The notes under the pieces: generated by a model
The model's database searches: none
The model's input: the letters and a program-made list of their open reading frames with translations, nothing else
Told to the model about the DNA's origin: nothing
Part shown: piece by piece, positions 12,626 to 24,562 of the stretch
Layout of the letters: each line of letters starts with the position of its first letter
Position numbering within the stretch: position 1 is the stretch's first letter
Assembly (NCBI GenBank): GCA_003427395.1
Contig: BFEA01000001.1
Location: 9,616,480 to 9,680,479 of the forward strand
Length of the DNA stretch: 64,000 bases
Source of the DNA: Chara braunii
Taxonomy: Eukaryota > Plantae > Charophyceae
Direction of reading: 5' to 3'
Made by a program: the position numbers and the translations under genes

Positions 12626-15600
12626 TAGATGTCTATCTAGAAATAACCAGTCTAAATGGTCGTAAACTTTCTCAAAATCTATAAATATGGAGACTGTATT
12701 TTGTTTAGAATGACGTGATAACATAATCAACTTATTTATTAACATGACTTTATTTTGAGTATTCCTTCTTATAATAAACCGATTCAAGTTGGATGAATAA
12801 ACCCATTCAAGCTGGATTAATATTTTTTGCAATGACCTTGGTTAGTCTATTGGCTAAAGCCATCGTCATCAGTTTATATACCACAGTCAAGAGGGTAACA
12901 AGGTGATAGTGAAGAATGTTAGTTTTATATGTTTTTTTTTATAAAGAAGAGTGAATACCCTTTGAGGGCCTTAACCCACAAATTATCCCATTTGTCATGA
13001 AATCCAAACGGCACGATAGAAATCCATAAGGTCTTGTGAGAGAAAATTATATAAGACTTTCCAAACTTCCTTGGGGAAACTATCAATGCTTGAGGTTTTC
13101 TTTTCTTCCATGAACATTAAAGTTGTTCATATTTTCTCTTTTGAAACGAACATTTATAACTCATTTTCTTGTTCTTCATGTAATGTTTTAGTCAAAGGTG
13201 TAAGAAAATCTTATATTTCTTGAATTCTCTGATTCTCAGGGATACTTTTAGTCTTCGACTTAAGAAGTTAATTGAAGAATTTCTTGCTATTTTTGTACGT
13301 AACGTTGTGGACGTGATTATTGGATCATTCCTATGGAAAATATCTTTTAGGGCTTCAATAACTGTACAATCAGAGTTTATTCTTGGCATAAAAAAAAACA
13401 TTGCATTCATTTCCCATTCCATTTGGTGTTTCCTCATCTTACCTCTAATCATTATTTTTTGCCACTTATATTTCATTTGCGTCAGCAACTGATCTTCCAA
13501 TTTTCAAATTTCTTGAGCTAGGGGTTCTAAATTTCTCATTTCTTTGGATTCCTTCCCCGGTTGTTGGAGTGATTGAATTATTTGAAGCAATAGTGGTTCT
13601 TTAAAGTGTCTTTGTGAGACAAAGGATTTATAATATTTATTGCATTTACGACCTAGAAACGTTAGGCCGTTGTTGAACCACTTTATGTCATATTGGATTA
13701 GGTCCTGTTGGCTACGCCAGAAGGTCCACACATCCTTGAGATAATATATAAAGTTATCAATTTTTAAATGAGAGATATTAAGTTTATAAAAATCTACGTT
13801 GATCTTGTTTTTTTCTGAAAGAGAGAACTGCAACACACATTCTATGATCTAGTATTGGAAAAACACTTCGTGGAAAGATCGCAATAAATTGTAATGCCCC
13901 CTGTAATGCTTCATACATTAGAATGAAATCAATACGAGATTTTTAACCCGGACTAAATTGACTTTTCCTGAAACAGGAAAACGATCGCTGTGTCGGGTTG
14001 AGTCGTCTATAGTAGGAATCAAAGAGGTTGAGAGACTGACAAAGATTATTCACTATTATCTCATATGACTCAATATATGCATGACATGGAGATGAGATGT
14101 GCCATCGATAAAAATGTCGATTCGGGGCTACATTGAAATCCCCAACCACCATGACCAAGATTCCTTGTGAAAGATAAGGAAGAGAGGACTCAAAAAAAAA
14201 TTGTCTTTCACTAACATTATTAGGTCCACATATACATAAGATATATACCACCTCCAACTGGGGCATTACTAGTACAAAAGTTAATTTTCTTTCCTCCTTG
14301 TCTACTTCCGTATAAATGGGATCCACCCTGAAATTTTAGGGAGTCCAAATGGTCACCCCCCTACTACCAGGCCTCGATGAATGGGCTCTGAAGGCTTTGT
14401 GTGGCCATATTACCTTGTGTGTATGGTGATGGACATCCGTATTCATTAGATGGGTTTCCTCAACAACGATTTCGTAAAAACGAACATTTTATATTTTTTG
14501 AATGAAATGAAAATGGTCATTTTCACCATGATTTTCGTGACTTTTGATATTTTGTTAACTCAATTTTTTAAGGTACCCCACTTTTAATTGTATTTTGTGA
14601 TCCTGTTGACAACAAATTTTACATTGCTTTCCCACAAAATTCGGGGGGTGTTACAATTTCATTGCCACTATGTGAAGCTACAAGTGTCTTTATGATGAAT
14701 TTTATTATACTTTTCAAGCACATTGATTAATATTTACTATCTTTCACAATATAAAATCACAAAATTGTCGTTTTTTTTTCTTCTTCCGGCTAATGCATTT
14801 AGTTTAAAGAAACATATTGCATATCATACTCTAAAGCACATATGATTGTCAATACATATGTGGGGTGTTACAATTTCATTACCATACTCGTTAACACACA
14901 TGTATTTAATTTTTACCGATGTATTATGTTGTCCCCGAAAATACAATCTCCTTTGCCCCCTGCCTTCCTGCCCCGCGGCGTGTTTGTCTGAATGTTACAT
15001 TTACAAAGTATCATTTGAAAATAAGGGGTGGACATTTGAAATTTAAATTATGTTTAAACAACAATGTTATTTGTATTTTTTTTTTTTTAACTTGTTTACA
15101 TAGAGAGGATACCTCAGTGTCCTCGTTAGCTCTCTCTCCCTCTTTCTCTCAAAACTATCTCGAAGCTCTCTTTATGAACGTCTACAAAAGCTAGAGATAT
15201 ATGATACATGGTCTATACTACCAAAAATACAAAATCATTTGCTGAAAAATGATGGTGAATATGTAACTACCTAAAAAAATCTGCCCTGTCAATAAGGAAA
15301 AAATACTAATTAGTTAATGATAAAAATAAAAACGCCTACTCCAACTTCAATGCACGAAAAACTCCGTGGCAAGTAAATTTCACTACCTTCATAACGACGA
15401 CTAATTAACAATCTTCTGTCAAAAGGTGCAACAACGTCGTAAGTGAATGAGGTTGTTGTGTTGCCCATTTGCTCGGCGGAGTACACTGTCCATGAGGTTG
15501 AAGTTGGTTGTTAGTTTTGTTTTCTTGTATTTCCGGTGAACCCTAACGCGTCTTGCTCTTTTATGATGACTCGCGATATCTCGACTGTGATGGCACTTCT

Positions 15601-17049
15601 TCGAGCAACAAAGTCCAACACTACTTCCCATGCGTCGATACAATAATGTTTGACGTGCTACTTGTAAGCTCGCATCACAAATTTTCATCGTCCTTTCACG
15701 GTATCTTGTGTCTCTATATCTGTGTTGCATATACTGTCAACCGTTGATGATAACTTACAACAGCACATGCAACGATTGCGCTGCATTTGTGTATCACCCT
15801 GACATACACAAGCCTATAACCGTATAATACTTGTTTGTACGCCGTGATTCCTTCGTTCCTAACAGTACTGTTGTGGTCGCATACCTTCACGAAACTGTAA
15901 ATTTATCTTCTTACAGTGCGACGATATAAGTTCAATGACGGTTCGTTATAGGCAAAATCCCACGTGATAAGGCCAATGGTGTTACAATACATTTGTAGTC
16001 GCTTGGATGTCGAGTCCGCTCATTTTATCGACGTTTCCCACTTTTCTTGTCGTCTCTGCCTCAACATCCATTCTGGGTCCATACTGTAGGGGGGGGGGGG
16101 GGGGGGGGGGAACATAAACATCACAATTAGGGATGAAATATGTAACAGAACACACCGCTTGCATAAGTGGTGTGAGTCATTGTCATTCCTCACATCCATA
16201 TGCGGGTCATTAGCGAGTGATTAGTAAGGTTGAGAAACGCCAGTCAATGCGGACATTGAAACAAAAGGGACTGCAAGTTGTGTTAGTTTTCTTCAGTTTC
16301 TGTCTTTTTCCGTCTTCGTTGTGGCTTGAGATCGAAGTCGTCGCGATCCTCGACCTTTTGATGAAGCGCAACATTGCGTCTTTGATTTCGTTGCATAGAT
16401 GTTTGACATGCATCAACGCCGCCCTTTGCATGTTGTTTTTTTCATCCGTTGACGACACCTTTGTTCGTTCAATCCATGTCGCGCACCGTGTCAGGCCACC
16501 GTTTGAACAAAACGCGACCCATATCACTGATCCGTGATGCCCATTCTCCTCCCACATCTGAACAAACCTCAACCCGTAGAACGCTTTGGTCCATTTGTTA
16601 GTGCGTTGCCTTTCGTAGTTTGCATCAGGCCCAATCGCCTTGGCGAACTAGTAAGCTTTTAGTCGCCCCTCGCCGTACCACAACTCAAGCGAGGGCTCTA
16701 ATGCCGACCAGTTGACCGACACCACACTGATAACCCTCGTTTGAGTTATTGTTTTCCATGAGAGGAGGTCTTCCCATTCTACCGGTGTCCCCCGTTTCTC
16801 ATTGTGCTTCCCCTCCGACGATGCAAACATTCTAAACACAACGAAAAAAAGAGAAAAATGTAATCCAATCGAACAACTAGTGATATGCTCTATGTTGTTC
16901 GTATTGAACAAGTGATCCCCACTTAGACTCTCCATCATCACGTCTACACATATGTGTCTAAAGCAGATCTCATATCTTGCGTTGATGCAGTTATCTTGTT
17001 AGGAACGGCCAACGATAGTTATGCATTGAGAGCCTCTCGCTTATGGATC

Positions 17050-18640
17050 CACAGACCTGTCTCAGAGCGTTTATTGTTGGGCCATGCCCACACAACGGCG
17101 TCGAGGTCCCACCACCCGTCGTCAGATTCAGTTTACCCATGTGTCTGCATACAACTTTGCTAAGTCACGCTCCCTTTCGCAAGGTGTCCAGTACTTTACG
17201 TGGATGCGATTATCATCCCGCTCCATAACGTGTTCAATCGAGAATGTGCAGTCGCGTGAGCGAAAAACGAGAAAGTTATTGATGTCGACGAACTCATGCG
17301 GATCGAATTCTGGTTTTGCAAGGTTTCCTCGTCGACGAGTCGAGAACTTGCAACACAACTGATGGAAAATCTTGGTTATCCGACATTGGTGCAGGCCAGA
17401 AGACACTTTTAAGGGGCACTGTACCGCTCTCTGCTTCCGATTTGTGTTCGAATTCCTTGAGATGGCCGGTCCATATTTCATCGGCCTTGTGTTCGTCTTG
17501 CGTTTCCCATTGGATTTGCAAAATCCCACGATTTATGAAGAACATGCACCCCGACCATTCCGTTGACAAAATCGTCTGCCTGCGGGTTAGGCGACTTGCA
17601 GAAAGACTGAAAACTGATTGCGGTCCGGTCCACAGTTGTCTACCTCTCTTTTAAACCAATACACAGGGTCAGTTTCGGCTTCCCACTTTTTCTTTGTGCA
17701 AAACTCTTTGTACAACATAGTGGGGTTGTCCCCATCCATGTAAAATCGGAAGAGGTACGACGTGACATGCCCCTTGATGTTGTGATCGATGAACGGGTGT
17801 GTGGCGGTTTTCCATCAGCCAGTTCGGTGAGGAATGTGCAATCGACATCCTCTTCGGATGATGCTTTGAGGACATTGAAAAACTCGTCCATTGTATAGGC
17901 ATCGCAGCTGCTCAGTTTTTTCACCAACAAGTTGAACTTTGCGTCTATGTCTGTGTGTGTGTGCCCCACTATCATGAACCCCATTTCGACGACCTCAAAG
18001 ATACTGAATTTGACAAGCATGGCCACGAAGGCCAACACATATTTGTTTTTGTTTTGCCCTCCAAAATTGTCTGCCTGTACCCGCAACTTCGGCGAGAGCG
18101 CGCCTTTGCGCACCTGAATATCTCTCAACACTTTGGCAATGGACGTGATGACTAAGTTTCATCTGTGCGACAAGTACGAGAACCATATGTGAACAAAGAG
18201 TGGTGGTGCCCTACGGTGAACTATTATCCCAGTGAGGTTCATTTCATCATCGTGTTATTCGACATTTCTTTGGACAGTTGTCTCCTCGATGCATGGGGAA
18301 ACGTTGTTTTCACTTGATCCATACCATCAATGATGATACACATGTTTTTAGTTTTCTTACACTCGGACTCAGCCAAACTGTGACACACATAGGGTGCAAT
18401 TGCACTATCGGTTTTACGGTCGGCCTACGCTCCACTAACGAAATGAAGTTCTAGAGTTTCACTATCCACCACTTTCACTTATCTTTTCCTTTGAGAACAT
18501 GGTAGTCACATTTACACTTCATCACATCTTGTACTTTAAGTTAAAAAAAACATTGGTATATCTTGCAACACGTTTTCAAGAGGACGGCCTCGCATTTGTC
18601 CACACTGCATCTACGCTCGAATGTGGAGGTGGATGTTGAA
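17050..18640 (-). pseudogene. DDD-type (Sola-like) DNA transposase, disrupted
   Basis: Motifs IIDGMDQ (~18330), QADNFGGQNKNKYVLAF and IVGHTHTDIDAKF in order; Cys-rich segment upstream; frameshifts and stops; family assignment from recalled motifs. Confidence 0.75.
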
Positions 18641-19529
18641 GCACCTTTTTTCTGAGTCTGAATGTGTATTTTTTTTTTCTTCTCCACCGTGCAACATAGA
18701 CAAGGTGGAAACCTCGGTGTCTTCTCCGACGGGCAAGTCGATGTCGGATGAATGAGCAACCTCACCCCCATCCCCAACATTATCGTCACGTGATGGCGAT
18801 GATAGAATGTTCATGGGACATCTCAATTATCTGCGTCCGACGCAGGTGGCAGATTTCCCTGAACAGAAGGATGAGGAGACCGGCGTGCTGGACCCGTGCA
18901 GGCTGCAGAAGGCAAGATGTCAACGTCGTTTATGATGTCGTCAAGGCGAAGAAGTCGGACATCGTTGTTATTAAGAGATAGCATCAGTCGATGACGTGTG
19001 CGTCACCCAGACATGCCATCGCCTGAATGTGCATAGCCCCTATGTTTCAGTGGCATGATAGCAAATGATGGAGACCGACTCTCACACGAGTTTTTGGAAG
19101 CACCAGCCACGGGCATGCTTAAAACCTGCATAGATGGTAGATAATCGTGAAAACAACTATCCATTTTGCTTCCCATTGTGTCAGGAACGTAGATGTACAT
19201 GACCTATGGAAACACACAACGCAAGAAGGCAACACGACATAGGCGTGAGAAGGGTCCCGACGTACAGAGGAACCAAACTATAGCACGGAGTGTCGGAGGC
19301 GTCCCCTTAATGTAGCAGGCAGGGGGGTCGCTGTTCTGGAAACAGGTCACCCCATCCCGTCCCCAACTGTGAGGGAGCCGTTCGGTTCCACAAAGCATGG
19401 GGACATACCCCCCTTGACAACCACATGCTGGTCATGAAGCCCCACCCGCCCGGATCCGGCAACAACCCTTCTCATGAGGCAAGAGGTCCAGCAGTTAAGA
19501 TCCCCGTCATGGGAATGGGCACGCAATGG

Positions 19530-19875
19530 ACTCGGAACNCCNCCCTCCCCCCCCCCCTTTTCCCCGATGGGAAGGGGTCCGGCGTTTCGGGTCCACCGAA
19601 CCCCCATTCCCCTTCGAACGGTCTGGTGATCCAGGTCCGCCGGGCCCCCGCTTTCTCACGGGGGGGGATGAGGCCGACCCGGAACGCCGAACCCCTAACT
19701 GTCGGCTGAAGGGGGTCTGGCGTTCTCGGTCCGCCAGACCCTCTTCCCTTGCGGGGGTTCATTGTTGTGGAAACGCTGGACCCCCGCACGGAAAGGGGGT
19801 GTGGCGGATCGGGAACACTGGACCCCCTTTCTTCTATGGGAAGGGGTCCCGCGTTCCGGACCGCCGACCCCTCAT
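19530..19875. repeat. Array of GC-rich palindromic units GGAACRCYGGACCCC-spacer-GGGGTCYGGCGTTC
   Basis: Hairpins near 19680, 19769 and 19811, partial copy at 19570; conserved stems, variable loops. Confidence 0.7.
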
Positions 19876-20253
19876 ACGGAAAGGAGATTTCTGCAGACCC
19901 AGAACGCGGTGTCGGAGGGCGCGGTGTCCCGGCCCTCCGCTGCGTACCAGGCGCTCGTTCACTCACCTCTACGTATGGGATGCCTGCCTGCATACCTTCG
20001 CTGCAAGCTCGGTACCAGTCCACTGGGTCATGCAGAATTGACAAGCCCCGTTATTGGGCTCCCAGTGGTACTGCACAAGCTCGGTGCCCTGCCCTATAGC
20101 GGACCAGCCTGTAGCTGAAGTGATGGTCGGATTTTGCCACGCGCCGGGCTCTAATGGCCCTGTTTTGGGCTAAGTGCGAGAGTGGGATGCCGATAGTCGG
20201 CTCGGTTTTCTCAACTGCGTGTCGGATCCCTATAGTCGTGTTTTGGGATAGGT

Positions 20254-20297
<44 letters not shown>

Positions 20298-20772
20298 GAA
20301 TGAGAAAAGGTTGAGTGTTGGGCTTTGGATCTATGCTTAGATTTGGATCGCTGTCTTAGCGCCTCGGTGTTTGATGGTTTTTGGTGAGGTCGGGGCGCAG
20401 GAGAACTTTGAAGCGTCATTTTTCCTTTTTTTTTTACGGTAGTTATTATCATTATTATTATTGTTATTACTGTTATTATTATTATTATTATTTTATTTAT
20501 CAGCTCTCTTATTTTGATCTCCTCCTTCTATCGCTTTCGCGAGGAGTCGACGGTTCGTTCATGAGCCCTGAGTGCAAACTGGTGGCCTAGACTGACCCGG
20601 CCTCTCGCTTATCACATTGTGTCTGAACTATCCGGTTGGGCGCCGCGTAGTAGGGTCTTAGGGGGCAACCCGCGACCTCTTTGGTAGGAGGCTTATCACC
20701 CCCCCGGTGGAGGGTCATAAACCCCCTCCTTGCCATCGGACGCAGGTACCCAATAGGAGTAGGCCGGCGACG

Positions 20773-23700
20773 TGTTTTGAAGGGAGGAGTGTGTCCGTCG
20801 GTATCCCGTTATGGGACTACCGCTTCGGACCTTTAGTCACATCACGAGGATTAGTGATTGACCGAAGTGCAGTAAGTTCGGTTTGTGCTCTGACCGTAGT
20901 TGAGCGCATCGGCTCTTGCTTTTTCCGCAAAGGTGAGAACCCTCCCGGCCATGTCACGCAGGAGATAAATAAAACAAAACCAAGAGACAACTCAGGAACG
21001 ACGCCTAACTAATCCCGCGAGCCGCCGAGATGGCCGCAGCGGCGCCGTTCCTTCGCCGCTCTAGCTGGGTGCGCAAACTGTACTTCCCGCGATCCCCTAT
21101 GACAGGATAGGTTCCCGCGGGGCATAAGCTTTCCTTCCCTGAGGGGCTATCACCACCCTTAAGGGCGTATCCCTACCGAGCTACAGACCCACGGGCGAAA
21201 GTTTTTAGACGCAATTGCAAAGGTAGGTCAGTCGATGGCGTTTGCTCGTTCGCTGTAGTATAAATACGCTTGGTTAATGCCAAGTGGACCCGAACGCCGC
21301 CCGTTCCTAGGACGCTGATCTCCTAGGCACGGAGCAAACGCCGGTCGACTAGGACGGTCTCAACCAAGAGTGAAACCCAACATTAATCCTAGTCTCTTTA
21401 ACACACAGTCAAGTGAAAGTTACAACAACCATACATAGCTACATCGAAAGGAATCTACCGTAGTCGATAGGATGGCATGTCCAATCTGAAGTGATAACTA
21501 AAAGAAATTGAATCTTCATTTAATACATCCATTATCACAAGATTAAAATACAATCCGGCCACCTCAGGTCGAACACCACGAAACAATCAAACAACCGCCA
21601 CCAAGGAGTTGGCTTACTGAGAATAACAGTGATGCCGGCGAGGAGGTAGTCCGACTGCCTTAGTTTTGACTTGATGAGACGCGTTCCCAAAGTCATTTTT
21701 TTCAGACTACCGCTGACCTAAAATTAGACACGCACACACATGTCTCCATACTTTCTCGATCTTTTTGGATGACAAACTGCTTTGCGGATGATTCTTGATC
21801 AAAGGCATTGCTTGACGTGTTGCATGCCTCTTCCTCTAGGAAGTGGTGTGGGGTATTCCTCCTCCTCGTCCGAGCACAAGACTCGGATCTCAGAAGTCGG
21901 GCCGTCTCCAACGAATCGACAAATACGCCCCCGTAGAACGGTCCACTCTGGGTCGATAGCAGGGTCGGCTCCTTAAGCAACGAAGTGCCGCCCCAGATGC
22001 TCCCTAGAGGTAGAAGATGTGTCTACTGCAAGTAGCCTTCAATTATTTTTATTTCTCCTAAGTTCAGGGTAGCATGGACGAAAAGAATTCGAAGGAGATA
22101 AAGAATAAGAATCATTTGGACAGGTACAGGCAAATAAGGTCGTTCGGGATAGAACCGGTCAATCCTACGGGAAAGACTAAGTCCATTTGACCTTATTCTG
22201 CTTAATTTCATACGGATTTATCCTACGACACAAGTTGAATAATCTTTTTCAAAACGACAAGCTTCTTTTGACAAACAGGCAGGTGAGAGGTAAAAAGAAG
22301 ACAATCTTTTGATCTTCCCGAATAGGCATAATCAATCTCCTTTGCAAGCATCCTTCTACCTACCTGCACACCAAGCCAAGCAACAAGTTTAAAAGAAAAC
22401 AGTAGATTCCCATGCTCGAGTCAGACTTTTTTCATGCACATGCATGACTCACACAACTTTCCTCTACCTTTTCTTTCGAACATTCAAACGAACAGGGTCA
22501 AGCAAAGTGTGGGTTCACACAGGTGTGAAGGAAAATCTGAGTCATTCAACTGACCTTGAGTGAAATTTGGTCCGACTCACTCACGAAAGCCGAGTAATAG
22601 GCTAATCAAAAGAAAATGACCGCCGTAGAACATGCGGCTCACAACTCCACAAGTTGTAGTCGTTTCACTGAACGACGGTCCACCGCCTTCTCCATGTGTC
22701 TGATCACACCAAGGTTGGGTCCACTGAGATGTCTGAATGAGATAACCCTCAAATAGGGTGCTCCCATGATCCAATCTCATGCCGCTTCTACATCCTAGAT
22801 AGTCTCAACGCAGCCCCAACTTGAACTGCACCACGTCCTCCAACGATACTTCCCAACCAGCCGCAAGTCCACGCCGCCTCCAAGCACCACGTACGCTCAC
22901 AACAACCACACAATATGTCGATCCCGATCTCAAATCAGTCCTACCCGGTCCCAAAATGATCCTAGACGGTCCCATGCTACTGCCGCATCACTAGATGGTC
23001 CCAAACTCAAATCCCGCTTGCACCGCGCGCCGCAAAAAAAATAAAGGTGGCCCCCGGTGAAACCCGCAGGTGCCGCGAGCCCCAAAAAATAAAGGTGTCC
23101 TTCCGCCGCAAATCGCAAGCGCTGCAATTCCAATAGTCAGTGCTGCGTGCACCCACTCAATGATCTCTTTGTGCTGCCAGTCCACGCACCATTGTCGCAC
23201 AGTCCCAAACACACCACGTCAGTCCAGCCTCCAGGCCACCCGGGGATCCACCATAGCCGCTGCGCACCACCAAAAAAACAACGGCGGCTCCTACTTGCCA
23301 TATCGCCTAACTGGTACCATGGTCATCTAGCAGCACCGTCGCCTGCCGTGGTGCCAAACAGACAACACTTCCCCATACACCCACATGAACGCTGATGTAA
23401 AATGTTGATGCCGAGCGGTAAATCCGACGACACCTCCCTTCACAATGTTGTGCCGCCGCCAAATAAAATCGGCAGCATTTCCTCACTGAGAGCATTGCTG
23501 CCGCCGTGCAAAACCGGCAGCACTTCCGCACTCTTGCTGTTAAACCCAGTTGCCGCCGCCGCAAAAATCTGGCAGCGCTTCTGCGTCACTGCCAAAAAAA
23601 TCACAGTTGCCGCCGACCGGCAATACCGCCCTTCTCCAGCAGCATGCAGCAGCCAGCCAACATTCACTAAAGTGAATGCCCCTGCAGCACTGCCACAAAG

Positions 23701-24300
23701 TGTGAGGCTGCTGGGTAGAGTGCTGGCTTTTATAGCCAGCCGAAGGCATATGGGCAGCTGCCTTGCCCACAACCAGACAAAATCCGTGGATGCTCCTGAC
23801 CCTCGATCTAAATCAATGGCCAGGAGCCCAATGCCTTGGTTTTCTCCTAGGGGAACCAGGGTCATCAACCCCCAGGAGCACCTGGCCGCTTCCAAGGCCA
23901 TGTGCCTCTCGAAATGGCTGCACTCAGCCATTTCAGGACTGTCGGTTCAACTGAACAGGCTCTGTTCCATCAGCCCTTAGAACCTTCTAGGGGTCGCACC
24001 TAGTCCACAGCTGCGGCCACATACGTGGCCGTTACTTTTCCTCCCCCACTCTCTTTGTTTTTTCCTCGTTTTTCAAAACGAGCTGCCTCCTTCCACCATG
24101 TCATTTCACAGTGTCGAACTAGAGTCAAGCTCATAGGGTCTTCTCTCCCCCCTCTGCTGCAACACGCGCCTGCACCTGGCCGCCAACAGTGCCAGGTTCG
24201 GGCGTTGTTGAGTGCTGCAGCCCGTTACTTAAAACGAAGGGTTGCAGCACACTGCACAACGATGAAAGGGAGAGGGGGACCTGGCAAAAAAAAAAAAAAA
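20773..24300 (-). mobile_element. Long LTR-like repeat related to 1690-5493 (right boundary uncertain)
   Basis: Minus-strand end ...cccttcaaaaCA; homology to 5004-5430; gtgctgccg sub-repeats at 23450-23620 resemble those at 3140-3660. Confidence 0.45.
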
Positions 24301-24478
24301 AAAAAAAAAAAAAGTGATAAAAACTTACCTTGTGTTGCATCTGCCGCCCGTACGTAGCCGCAACCAGCGGCAGATTCATCGATCTTTGCCCATCCTCAGA
24401 TGGGCTGTCGGGGCACAGCCCCTTGATGAGTCGGTCCAAGCCAGACGAAACAGTCTGGCTGTCACATCTCCCCCTCCC

Positions 24479-24494
24479 TTCTCTCTCTCTCTCT

Positions 24495-24558
<64 letters not shown>
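24479..24558. repeat. (CT)n microsatellite
   Basis: Seen directly. Confidence 0.95.

Positions 24559-24562
<4 letters not shown>

Larger units (their letters stand above)
8905..14480 (-). pseudogene. Decayed LINE ORF2 (APE endonuclease, RT, C-terminus) with 3' UTR and poly(A)
   Basis: Fragments EETHL, VVGDFNVAP, FIDFEKVYD, RSVRQGDSIAP, FVDD, HTSFFGRTLVINNVVLA and DPFPP are colinear with the 40.7-45.3 kb ORF2; T-run at 8905-8920; AT-shifted, many stops. Confidence 0.92.

Noticed and set aside
20890-20920. Group II intron domain V (gagccgatgcg...tacggtc on the minus strand)
   Set aside because: Too short, no GNRA loop, and the AGC triad is absent in the homologous copy at ~5415
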